Shown here: positions 55,996 through 64,000 of the stretch, in pieces
Position numbering within the stretch: the stretch's first letter is position 1
Layout of the letters: each line of letters opens with the position of its first letter
Notes under the pieces: generated by a model
Databases searched by the model: none
The model's input: only the letters and a program-made list of their open reading frames with translations
Told to the model about the DNA's origin: nothing
Origin: Solobacterium sp.
Lineage (GTDB): Bacteria > Bacillota_I > Bacilli_A > Erysipelotrichales > Erysipelotrichaceae
Assembly (NCBI GenBank): GCA_017469355.1
Contig: JAFUGM010000065.1
Coordinates: forward strand, 29,263-93,262
Reading direction: 5' to 3'
DNA length: 64,000 nucleotides
Translations under genes and position numbers: made by a program

Positions 55996-58602
55996 ATGGA
56001 AAACATAGAAGTTCAATTTAATGATGAAGGCAATATCATTGATTTCCTTTCTGGCAGAGAATTACGAGATACTCCTGAAGAACGTGTGCGCCAAAGATTT
56101 ATTGGAATTTTACAGTCAGATTATGGATATCCTAAAAATCAATTGGCTATAGAAATCCCTATCCAACAAGGATCGAAGATTTTAACAAATTCAACTGATG
56201 GTTCTGAAATTCGTGCTGATATCGTGGTCTATAACAGCAAAAAAGCATGTTTGGAAAAGGATCAGGGCAATATTCTTTTTGTTGTTGAGTGTAAAAAGCC
56301 AAATGTCAGCGCCGGATATGCACAACTTGTTTCATATATTTACAATACTTCGGCTGTTGGCGGTGTATGGACAAATGGTGACGGACTTACAGTTTATAAG
56401 AAAAAGACCGGTTCAAAGGTTGGCTTAGATACAATTTTGTCACTTCCGAGATATCGGGAAAGCTGGAACGGTGATGATATCATTCCCAGCAAATCAAGCT
56501 TGCCGAGACCGCATAATGTTCGTTTTTTACTTTCGTCATGTCACAACAAACTGTATGGACGCGGAATGGAAAATGAAGATTTTGATTTAGCGATGGATAT
56601 GGTAAGGATCTTATTAGCTAAAATTCAAGATGAAACAACACCTGGGGAATTTCCGAGGTTTTGGATAACGGAGAAAGACTTCCAAACCATAGAAGGAAGA
56701 AAACACGCTGCCGCCGTTATACAAGCATTATTCAGAGAATATGCCGATCAATATCCGGATGTGTTTGAACCACATGAAAAGATACAAGTGGGCGATGATT
56801 GTATAGCTGAAGCTGTTGGTATTTTAAAAAACTGGAGTTTGGCGGCAAGAAACGATGATGCTGACGACTGGGATTTAATGGGCGAAGCATATGAACAGTT
56901 CACTCACATTAATTTAAAGCGTCAACAAGGGCAGTTTTTCACAAACCGTCTTGTGATTGAAATGATGGTCAAAGTTCTTGATCCTGCTGTTGGGGAACAT
57001 GCCCTTGATCCAGCTGGAGGAAGCGGGGGCTTTGCAACAAGTATTTTCCGTTATTTAAGAAGAAAAGTTATTGCTAATACAGATCCAAATTCGCCGATAC
57101 GTGATCGCCAATTAGCCACAATTAAAGATAGTGTATATTTAGTGGAAATCGCGGCACGATTAGTAAAAATTGCAAAATGCGCGATGCTTTTAACGGGAGA
57201 TGGTCAAAGCGGAATGACGCGGGGTAACTCTCTTGATTTATACTCGCATTTTGACCCTTGGATTGTTTCCAGATGCGCTAAAGGCAAAACTAATGCCCCT
57301 TCTGTTATTGCAACGAATCCGCCGTTTTCCGGGCAAAAAGTGGAGTCACAGATTTCTGATAAGAGTATTTTGAGAAATTATGATTTTGGTCACAGTTTTA
57401 AAAAAATTGAGGACGGCCTTTATAAATTCAGTAACAGCGACAATGATGTACTGCTTCATCAGGCACCAGAACTACTGTTCTTGGAAAGATGTATTGATTG
57501 GCTGAAACCGGGAGGTAGGTTAGGAATTATCCTTCCAAAGGGTATTTTAGATAATGTGAGTTATGAGGCATATCGACAGTGGGTTCTTGAAAGGTGCGAG
57601 ATAAATGGAGTTGTAACTCTCCATAAAGATACATTCCAACCTGATACAGGCGTTCGGACTTGTATATTGTTTATCACAAAGCCTAAAGAGGGAGAAAAAC
57701 CAAGAGAAGACTACAAGATCTTTATGGCTATGTCGCAAAGAATTGGTCAAGACTCCAAAGGAAACTCTGTATTTGTTTTAGATGGCAATGGTAATGCAAC
57801 GTCAGAATTAAACCACGATCTTGATGAGATTGCTAATGCTTTTATAGATTTTAAGAACGATCGTGAACATCCAAAATCGGAATATATTTTCTCGATTTCC
57901 CGTTCTGATCTTAAAGATCATTTGAATATTAACCCTCAGCACTATTCACCAAAATTGAATGCGGCACTCGATGCTGTTCTTGAATATGACAATAAAGAAG
58001 GGTGGGCAACAACTACTGTTGGACAATTGGAAGCAGGAATAAAGATCTATATAGGACCAAGGTGGAATTCTGCAACAATAAAAGTAGACAATCCATTAAC
58101 GACGGAGGGCTTAGTTCCTTACTTGACTGCTAATGCGGCTTTAGAACTGCGTAGATTTACTGTCAAATGGTTAGACCCGTCGAAAGCTAATGCAAGTCAA
58201 AAAAAGTGCATAGAAATGCTAAAGATTGAAGAAGGCGACATTTTGATTTCGAGATCCGGAACGATCGGAAAGGTAACGTATGCAACTTATGACCTTGCAA
58301 ATAATTATATTGTCAGTGATGATCTGGTAAGAATACGAGTCAAAAATCCTGACTTGAGGGCATATCTTTTGGCGTATTTTGCTTCGAATACAGCGCTGTC
58401 ACTTATGCTGTTGGATGAATATGGATCAGTTCAACAGCATCTGCAACCTCGACATATTCAGGAAATGTTGATTCCGGTGCCGGATGATTGGAGTCTTGCA
58501 CAGAATATGATTGATGCAGGAAATATGTTTATAAAGGCGATGGAAGAAATGTCGAAAGCCGATTCAACAATAAGACTTCGCGGATTCGATGCTATGGTGT
58601 GA
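55996..58602 (+). CDS. Single-chain restriction-modification enzyme (HsdR_N-like nuclease + N6-adenine MTase + TRD; Type IIG-like)
   Basis: PEERVRQ, RADIVV...VECKK nuclease motif; GQFFT, DPAGGSGGF, TNPPF; GDILISRSGTIGK TRD motif; start ATG 55996 behind AAGGAG. Confidence 0.85.
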   Translation: MENIEVQFNDEGNIIDFLSGRELRDTPEERVRQRFIGILQSDYGYPKNQLAIEIPIQQGSKILTNSTDGSEIRADIVVYNSKKACLEKDQGNILFVVECKKPNVSAGYAQLVSYIYNTSAVGGVWTNGDGLTVYKKKTGSKVGLDTILSLPRYRESWNGDDIIPSKSSLPRPHNVRFLLSSCHNKLYGRGMENEDFDLAMDMVRILLAKIQDETTPGEFPRFWITEKDFQTIEGRKHAAAVIQALFREYADQYPDVFEPHEKIQVGDDCIAEAVGILKNWSLAARNDDADDWDLMGEAYEQFTHINLKRQQGQFFTNRLVIEMMVKVLDPAVGEHALDPAGGSGGFATSIFRYLRRKVIANTDPNSPIRDRQLATIKDSVYLVEIAARLVKIAKCAMLLTGDGQSGMTRGNSLDLYSHFDPWIVSRCAKGKTNAPSVIATNPPFSGQKVESQISDKSILRNYDFGHSFKKIEDGLYKFSNSDNDVLLHQAPELLFLERCIDWLKPGGRLGIILPKGILDNVSYEAYRQWVLERCEINGVVTLHKDTFQPDTGVRTCILFITKPKEGEKPREDYKIFMAMSQRIGQDSKGNSVFVLDGNGNATSELNHDLDEIANAFIDFKNDREHPKSEYIFSISRSDLKDHLNINPQHYSPKLNAALDAVLEYDNKEGWATTTVGQLEAGIKIYIGPRWNSATIKVDNPLTTEGLVPYLTANAALELRRFTVKWLDPSKANASQKKCIEMLKIEEGDILISRSGTIGKVTYATYDLANNYIVSDDLVRIRVKNPDLRAYLLAYFASNTALSLMLLDEYGSVQQHLQPRHIQEMLIPVPDDWSLAQNMIDAGNMFIKAMEEMSKADSTIRLRGFDAMV

Positions 58603-58649
58603 AAATGTGGCTATTCCATCAGAAGCGAAAGATGTGATGGTGTTATGAA

Positions 58650-58686
58650 CGAGACCCCGGTAATTATGGCAAATACCGGGGTTTCG
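58650..58686 (+). terminator. Hairpin downstream of the R-M gene
   Basis: CGAGACCCCGGTA...TACCGGGGTTTCG. Confidence 0.6.
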
Positions 58687-59146
58687 CATTTGCATGAGAT
58701 GTGTGTTAACATATTAACGTAACCTGATAAAGGACCCCCGAAAACAGGTTAACGGGGCATATACCAAGCGGTATATCCAAGGAAACAATAAAACACGTGT
58801 GTTGTAAGCGCAGTGCCCCTGCATATCCGAATGCCTGCCCACACACTGGATCTGATGTGCGGATTTAACATCAGTGATCTAGAGACCACATCTTGTTCCC
58901 GGAAAAACGGAGTCCGGCTAAGAGAAAGCGGCATTTTGAACGGCATATCTCCGAGTGCTGATATCTTTTTTGGCAGAAGCAAGACCAAGCAGTTCTTGTT
59001 GTAAACATTTTTAAAAAAAGTTCGACATCCTTTTGTCGTACTCATTAACCTTGAAAGCACATCGATTGATGTGTTTTTTGTCGTAAAAAATGAGGGTTAG
59101 ATATGTACTGCTTATGAAGTTATCTATCGATTAGGAGGTACTGTGT

Positions 59147-59230
59147 ATGAAAAATATGATCGGATTTTCGAAGTGCGCTGTTGTATATGAACGTATTGTG
59201 TTTAAAACTCCTAATCCTCATTTCAATTAG
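59147..59230 (+). CDS. 27-aa ORF coupled to (or frameshifted from) the XRE gene
   Basis: Strong RBS AGGAGG, then ATG 59147 to TAG 59230; the last base of the stop is the first base of GTG 59230. Confidence 0.4.
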   Translation: MKNMIGFSKCAVVYERIVFKTPNPHFN

Positions 59231-59598
59231 TGAAATACGGGATCTTTGATCCAGAACATTTTACAGAAGAAGAATTATTACAATTTTTAAAAGAGTCAAA
59301 AACGATGGCAGAGTTTCTGCAAAAGGTGATCAACGGAGAACATTGTGTGACGTCGTTTGCAGGGCAATGTGGCATTAAAACAAGAATGATGCACAAGTAT
59401 CTTAATGGAGAAGTAACGCCGTCTCTGGAGTCGGCATTATTGATTGCGGCGGCACTGAATATGGGTAGCCATTGGATATGGTTTGTAAACCTTATTGATC
59501 CAAGGTTACGAATAATTCTTGTTGAAACGTCACGTGGAAAAACAATTCCGGATATTGACGAAAAACTGGTGGAGAAGCACCTGAAGGGTATTGATTGA
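59230..59598 (+). CDS. XRE-family helix-turn-helix protein
   Basis: VTSFAGQCGIKTRMMHKYLNGEVTPSLESALLIAAALNM. Confidence 0.75.
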   Translation: MKYGIFDPEHFTEEELLQFLKESKTMAEFLQKVINGEHCVTSFAGQCGIKTRMMHKYLNGEVTPSLESALLIAAALNMGSHWIWFVNLIDPRLRIILVETSRGKTIPDIDEKLVEKHLKGID

Positions 59599-59647
59599 TA
59601 CTATGCCCCCGAGGGCACAGTTATAACATTTGGGCGAAGTAACATGA

Positions 59648-59677
59648 AGGTGATCAATGATAAACAATTGATCACCT
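59648..59677. promoter_or_regulatory. Perfect 11-bp inverted repeat upstream of the mobilization operon
   Basis: AGGTGATCAAT-8 nt-ATTGATCACCT. Confidence 0.6.
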
Positions 59678-59723
59678 GTTCTTTGAAAACTGAATGTTTA
59701 TAAATGTTAGGAGGTAATTTTCA

Positions 59724-60068
59724 ATGAATTTAAGAGGTGTAAAACAATTTTTAGATTTCCGTTACCACGATTTCATTAAAGATAAAGTGACGGAACTTAC
59801 CGCCATCAAATATGACGATAAGGAAAAGATGCTGAAAGGAACTCTGACGATTGTCAAGGATCCTGAACAGATTAACAAGTACAAGACCATTAATTTCAAG
59901 ATGGCTGGTGAACCGACAGACGTACAGAAGTATGTTCTTGAGGAAAACTACCACGTCGTAGACATTGAGAAGGTGACTGTGTGGGGAGAGTACATGGATG
60001 GCATTACAGTCACTTGCAAAGGTCTTGAAAAGAACAATGCGCAGAATAACGAAAAGAAGACTGCATAA
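59724..60068 (+). CDS. Hypothetical protein, first gene of the mobilization module
   Basis: 114 aa, RBS AGGAGG, beta-rich composition; position equivalent to Tn916 orf23/orf22 (inference). Confidence 0.75.
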   Translation: MNLRGVKQFLDFRYHDFIKDKVTELTAIKYDDKEKMLKGTLTIVKDPEQINKYKTINFKMAGEPTDVQKYVLEENYHVVDIEKVTVWGEYMDGITVTCKGLEKNNAQNNEKKTA

Positions 60069-61323
60069 ACGGATACTTCTGGTTATGCTTCTGATCGCCC
60101 CTTGCATGATTATGTATGGGGCGATTTTTCTTTCATCCATGTACAATAACCGCGAAAACATTGTGGTCTTTATTGGTAAAGAGTTACTTGCGCTTGAATT
60201 TCTGCTTTTGACAATTTACTTCTGCATGAAGGTCCTTTCGGGTGAGACTCCCGCGACTATGATTTATAAGGAACGAATAATCAACAGATTAGATAATGCG
60301 TTGTTAGCAATAGGTGCGTACCAGATCTGCAGTGAACGCTTTGTTAAGACGCCGCGGATCAGAGTTGATCGCGATGCCATTGTAATCGACTTTGATGGCG
60401 ATCCTGCTGTTAGAAAAAAGATTGAGTCATATAGTGATCAGTTATCAACGGCGTTGCCTAAGGATATGCTGATCAACGGAATGTATTTCAGCAAAAGCCA
60501 AGACGAACTGTATATTTTCTACGACGACTTAAATCTTGATAAGCGAGTAGTATTAGAAAACATTGAACAGGTGCAGGCACTTGTTAAACAGAGGTCTTAT
60601 AGTCAATTGATGATTGATAATAAACGGACAATTGATCTGGAGAAAAATCCAGGAGTGCTAATTGTTGGCGAGTCCGGATCCGGAAAAACGTATGGGACAC
60701 AGTTTCTGATTACGCAAGCGTTGTTGAAAGGCTTTGAAGTCCATATTTGTGACATCAAGAGAACATATCAAGCGTTTTCGAAGAATGCAACATTCCGCTA
60801 TACAGTTCAGGGAATAATTGACGAACTCAAAGCGATCACGGAGAAAATTGAGTTGCGATCGGAGAAGATGGATGCAATTCTCGAAGTCGATCCGACTGCA
60901 ATCGCCACGTGTCACGGGTTTTCAGCAGTACTGGTGGTTGTTGAGGAGTACCTTGCTTTAATGAATGCGGCAACACCGGCAGAAAAAAAAGTTATTGAGA
61001 GTCTTGTGAAACGGATTACAACGACAGGTCGTCAGTTGGGTATGTATCTCATTATTACGATGCAGGTATCTGGTGCAGATACGATTGATACATCAATTCG
61101 TTCAAACTTGGGAGTCAAGCTTGTTTACGGGAATGCATCAGAAACCATATATAGGACTGCATTCGGGCAACAGGATGTACCGCATATTGCATTTGATTTG
61201 GAACGTGGAGAAGGTTTGGGAATGATTGGTAGCCAGCGCTTTCTCTTCAGAACTCCAATGATAAAGTATAAAGCTAGTGATGTTGCTGCAAAACTCAGCG
61301 GTGGTGAACTGGTGGAACTGTAG
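60037..61323 (+). CDS. FtsK/SpoIIIE-domain ATPase (TcpA-like coupling protein)
   Basis: Two N-terminal TM helices, GESGSGKT Walker A, VVVEEY Walker B, TTGRQLG.YLIIT.Q, IRSNLG; start uncertain (ATG 60037). Confidence 0.88.
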   Translation: MRRITKRRLHKRILLVMLLIAPCMIMYGAIFLSSMYNNRENIVVFIGKELLALEFLLLTIYFCMKVLSGETPATMIYKERIINRLDNALLAIGAYQICSERFVKTPRIRVDRDAIVIDFDGDPAVRKKIESYSDQLSTALPKDMLINGMYFSKSQDELYIFYDDLNLDKRVVLENIEQVQALVKQRSYSQLMIDNKRTIDLEKNPGVLIVGESGSGKTYGTQFLITQALLKGFEVHICDIKRTYQAFSKNATFRYTVQGIIDELKAITEKIELRSEKMDAILEVDPTAIATCHGFSAVLVVVEEYLALMNAATPAEKKVIESLVKRITTTGRQLGMYLIITMQVSGADTIDTSIRSNLGVKLVYGNASETIYRTAFGQQDVPHIAFDLERGEGLGMIGSQRFLFRTPMIKYKASDVAAKLSGGELVEL

Positions 61324-61352
61324 GTTTCACCGGTTCACTTGCACACCATACT

Positions 61353-61381
61353 GTGTGTTCGTTACTTGATTACGAACACAC
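61353..61381 (+). other. Candidate nick site (dso/oriT) hairpin
   Basis: GTGTGTTCGT-TACTTGATT-ACGAACACAC: perfect 10-bp stem with loop containing CTTG|AT, 30 nt upstream of the HUH gene. Confidence 0.6.
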
Positions 61382-61410
61382 TACTGAAAAAAATCAGGAA
61401 ATACTGATTA

Positions 61411-62532
61411 ATGAAACAAATATACGATATAAAAGTTACAGCCCATAATGACAATAAACTCCATGTAAGAAAATACGATGGACTTCTCATGAAAGAAATA
61501 TCGTTCTTTCCAAATACACAGACTCCAAAATTAACTAAAAATGAGATTATCGCAAGTTTTATTCGCAGTGAAATAAAGCAAGTTCGTGAAGACTATAATG
61601 TCCAGATTGAGAACATCAAAGCTGAAAAGAAAAATAAGATAGCGGACCTGAAGCAGAGGATGCAAGGTGCTACAAAAGCAGAAATACAGACACTTAAAGA
61701 AGAAATTAAGATGTGCCGGCAGGATGCCAATTATCAAATTGAATTGAAGAAATCCGAGAAAAAAGAAATCATCGAACAGAAGAAAGCCACCATCAAAACA
61801 TTGTTAAAAAAGAATAGGACAGCCAAACCGATTTCAAAAAGGTCTTTGGCCAGATCTCGCCAAAATATTCTGACAACAGTCAAAAACAATGAGGATCATT
61901 TGATTACGTTTGTTACTTTGACATTCGCGGAAAATGTGACAGATATTGATGAAGCGTTTGATGTATTTCATAAGTTCATCGGAAAAGTAAGACGGGAAGA
62001 AAAGGCATCAGGAAGGGAGTTGTATTATCTCGCTATCCCGGAATTTCAAAAACGTGGCGCCGTACATTTCCACATGCTTTGGAGTGTGGATGTTGATTCG
62101 CCAATAATACCAAGAAGAGAAAAGAAACAAGTACGCAGTAAGGGAAAAGAAATCGAAATAGAGTATTACGACATAATGTTCTGGGATTACGGTTATTCAC
62201 AGGCATATAGCATTATTCAGAACGAATTCGACAATGTCGGTTTATACATATCAAAGTATCTGTACAAGGGTTTTAACGACGAAGACAGTGAACGTTTGTA
62301 TTGCCGACAAAAAGTGTTGAAATCTCAAAACCTTAGGCAACCAAACACTTTATCATTGCACAGTAAGAAATCAACAGTTGATATTGATGCTGATCTTAAA
62401 GGTATTACAACTGGACAATATAGGCATCGAGGTTCATCGGAATTTGAACCGGATTTCATAGAAAAGGAATATACCTTTGCAAGCAAAGAAGAAAGGGATG
62501 AATATCTTTACGATCTATTAAACAAAATATGA
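61411..62532 (+). CDS. HUH-superfamily rolling-circle replication initiator/relaxase-like protein
   Basis: Motif 1 FVTLTF, motif 2 PEFQKRGAVHFHML, motif 3 YISKYL. Confidence 0.85.
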   Translation: MKQIYDIKVTAHNDNKLHVRKYDGLLMKEISFFPNTQTPKLTKNEIIASFIRSEIKQVREDYNVQIENIKAEKKNKIADLKQRMQGATKAEIQTLKEEIKMCRQDANYQIELKKSEKKEIIEQKKATIKTLLKKNRTAKPISKRSLARSRQNILTTVKNNEDHLITFVTLTFAENVTDIDEAFDVFHKFIGKVRREEKASGRELYYLAIPEFQKRGAVHFHMLWSVDVDSPIIPRREKKQVRSKGKEIEIEYYDIMFWDYGYSQAYSIIQNEFDNVGLYISKYLYKGFNDEDSERLYCRQKVLKSQNLRQPNTLSLHSKKSTVDIDADLKGITTGQYRHRGSSEFEPDFIEKEYTFASKEERDEYLYDLLNKI

Positions 62533-62550
62533 CACAGAAAGGAGGGTTGT

Positions 62551-62712
62551 ATGACGGATAGCATCCAAAGACAACAGTTCGCCTTACAACTCTCTTATCT
62601 GAGGCAATTGTTAGAACAACATTTAATAAGTGATGATCTGTATCAGCGAATGGTTAATCGGCTGAAGCAGAAATACCATATTCCAACAGCGTATTCGCTG
62701 GCGCAAACATAG
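62551..62712 (+). CDS. 53-aa SHOCT-like helical protein preceding the recombinase
   Basis: RBS GAAAGGAGG; MTDSIQRQQFALQLSYLRQLLEQHLISDDLYQRMVNRLKQKY. Confidence 0.75.
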   Translation: MTDSIQRQQFALQLSYLRQLLEQHLISDDLYQRMVNRLKQKYHIPTAYSLAQT

Positions 62713-62758
62713 CAATCATATGTACAATTAATATACATATAGGTTGCTATGTTTTTTT
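62705..62758 (+). terminator. Long hairpin with T-tract directly upstream of the recombinase
   Basis: AAACATAGCAA...TTGCTATGTTT plus inner ATATGTA/TACATAT stem, followed by a T-run. Confidence 0.55.
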
Positions 62759-62778
62759 GCGTTATGGAGGGTTTGACG

Positions 62779-64000
62779 ATGGCAACGAAAAAAGTTGAAG
62801 TAATACCGGCGGTTCCGGAAAAGGAAAGAACAAAAAAAATTCGAAGAGTGGCAGCTTACTGTCGTGTATCGACAGAAAGTGAGGAACAGGCAGAGTCTTA
62901 CGAGTCACAGCAAAAATATTACACTCAATACATTAATGAAAATCCGAATTATGAAATGGCTGGAATATATGCCGATGCAATCAGCGGTGGTCGTGCGGAA
63001 ACGCGAAGCGACTTTATGAGAATGATTTCAGATGCGATGGCGGGTAAAATTGATCTCATTATCACTAAGTCCATTTCTCGTTTTGCACGCAATACATTAG
63101 ACACGTTACATTACGTTAGGACGCTGAAACAGGCTGGTATAGAGGTTTTCTTTGAAAAGGAGGGTCTGTATACCCTCGGGATGGAAAGTGAACTAGTTCT
63201 AACGGTATTAGCCTCTGTGGCGCAGGCGGAACTTGAGAATACGAGTAAAATCGTTTCCATGGGTTTAAGGCAGAAAATGATACGTGGTGAAATGATTGGC
63301 TACAATGGCTGTCTGGGATATGACTATAACAAAGACACAAAGACAATGACGATAAATGAAAGCGAAGCTGAAATAGTCCGATACATTTTTGACCGTTATT
63401 TATCTGGTGCTGGCTGTGACACGATCGCAAAGGAGTTGACACAATCCCCATGGAAAACAAAGCGAGGAAGCGATACCTGGGGACCCTCTGCAGTTCGAGA
63501 CATACTACACAATGACAAGTATATTGGTGAACTGACGATGGGGAAGACGTTTACGACAGATCCAATCACAAAAAGAAGAATTGATAATATTGGTGAACGT
63601 GAAAAGTTCGTTGTTCACAATCATCATGAACCCATTATTTCAAGAGACGTATTTGAGAGAGTCCAAGAGATAATGGAAAGCCGAGGTAAAAACAGAAAAA
63701 GAAATTTGGTTGCTGGAGAACGACAAGCAAAGTCAAAGCAGTATGCTTTTTCATGTATGATTAACTGCGGCTTTTGCGGGCACTATCTAACAAGAAGGGT
63801 TCAGAACAAAAACATGTCAGGAGAAAAGGTTGTTTGGCAATGTAGCAACAATAGCAAGCACGGAAAAAACGCCTGCCCTCATTGCAAAGCAATTTCGGAA
63901 GAAGCAATTGAAAAAGCGTTCATAGCGTCTTACAACATGATATGTGTGGATAATGAAGATCTTCTCGAAGACCTTTTGCATATGATTGAGGAAGAACTTG
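62779..64000 (+). CDS. Large serine recombinase (integrase), 3' truncated by the window edge; absent from the ORF track
   Basis: MATKKVEVIPA...VAAYCRVSTESEEQ (catalytic Ser), IYADAISG, TKSISRFARNTLD, recombinase domain LGYDY, Zn ribbon CGFCG...WQC; RBS GGAGGG. Confidence 0.95.
   Translation, partial: MATKKVEVIPAVPEKERTKKIRRVAAYCRVSTESEEQAESYESQQKYYTQYINENPNYEMAGIYADAISGGRAETRSDFMRMISDAMAGKIDLIITKSISRFARNTLDTLHYVRTLKQAGIEVFFEKEGLYTLGMESELVLTVLASVAQAELENTSKIVSMGLRQKMIRGEMIGYNGCLGYDYNKDTKTMTINESEAEIVRYIFDRYLSGAGCDTIAKELTQSPWKTKRGSDTWGPSAVRDILHNDKYIGELTMGKTFTTDPITKRRIDNIGEREKFVVHNHHEPIISRDVFERVQEIMESRGKNRKRNLVAGERQAKSKQYAFSCMINCGFCGHYLTRRVQNKNMSGEKVVWQCSNNSKHGKNACPHCKAISEEAIEKAFIASYNMICVDNEDLLEDLLHMIEEEL

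Larger units (their letters stand above)
55760..64000 (+). mobile_element. Putative integrative mobilizable element at the rlmD 3' end (left edge approximate, right end outside the window)
   Basis: Visible shift to AT-rich sequence after rlmD; R-M cargo, XRE, FtsK/TcpA ATPase, HUH Rep/relaxase and large serine recombinase; rlmD/rumA is a known target of serine-integrase elements in Firmicutes. Confidence 0.8.

Noticed and set aside
58749-59060. 103-aa minus ORF, and a QELLG...DIST..Y stretch in another frame resembling a tyrosine recombinase tail
   Set aside because: The catalytic His is missing, stops interrupt the frame and there is no RBS; probably chance
63116-63460. 114-aa minus-strand ORF
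   Set aside because: It is antisense to the serine recombinase, which the track missed because its stop lies outside the window
1-64000. CRISPR array, rRNA or IS element
   Set aside because: I saw no regularly spaced repeats, cas genes, rRNA-like sequence or transposase motifs

Overview
This is a 64-kb chromosomal window from a moderately GC-rich Firmicute. An Erysipelotrichaceae-like anaerobe is my inference from gene style; I ran no search. From left to right it holds: (i) a fructose-family PTS locus with RpiR, VOC and two Gfo/Idh/MocA genes; (ii) an HTH-DUF3990 (ADP-ribosyltransferase-like) plus partner cassette between two ~91% identical 128-bp repeats; (iii) envelope and hydrolase genes; (iv) a sugar cluster of AraC, nanE, an unassigned glycyl radical enzyme (GRE) with its activase, DUF2130, a second AraC, rhaB, rhaD and a FucI/AraA-type isomerase; (v) an AT-rich AAA-ATPase plus EVE-HNH islet beside tRNA-Thr(CGT); (vi) glmS with its ribozyme and an LtaS-family gene; (vii) accessory genes including an orphan AbiEi antitoxin; (viii) a 2-kb integrase-less element inserted in the active-site codons of an LMW tyrosine phosphatase, bounded by a 14-bp direct repeat; (ix) housekeeping pcrA-ligA-rlmD, with a catalytically stripped GRE homologue inside the operon; (x) from the rlmD 3' end to the window edge, a putative integrative mobilizable element carrying a fused R-M-S enzyme, an XRE regulator, an FtsK/TcpA ATPase, a rolling-circle HUH initiator preceded by a hairpin with a phiX174/pC194-like nick motif, and a large serine recombinase that runs off the window. 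I saw no rRNA, CRISPR array or IS transposase. Family names come from motif recognition by eye, not from database searches.
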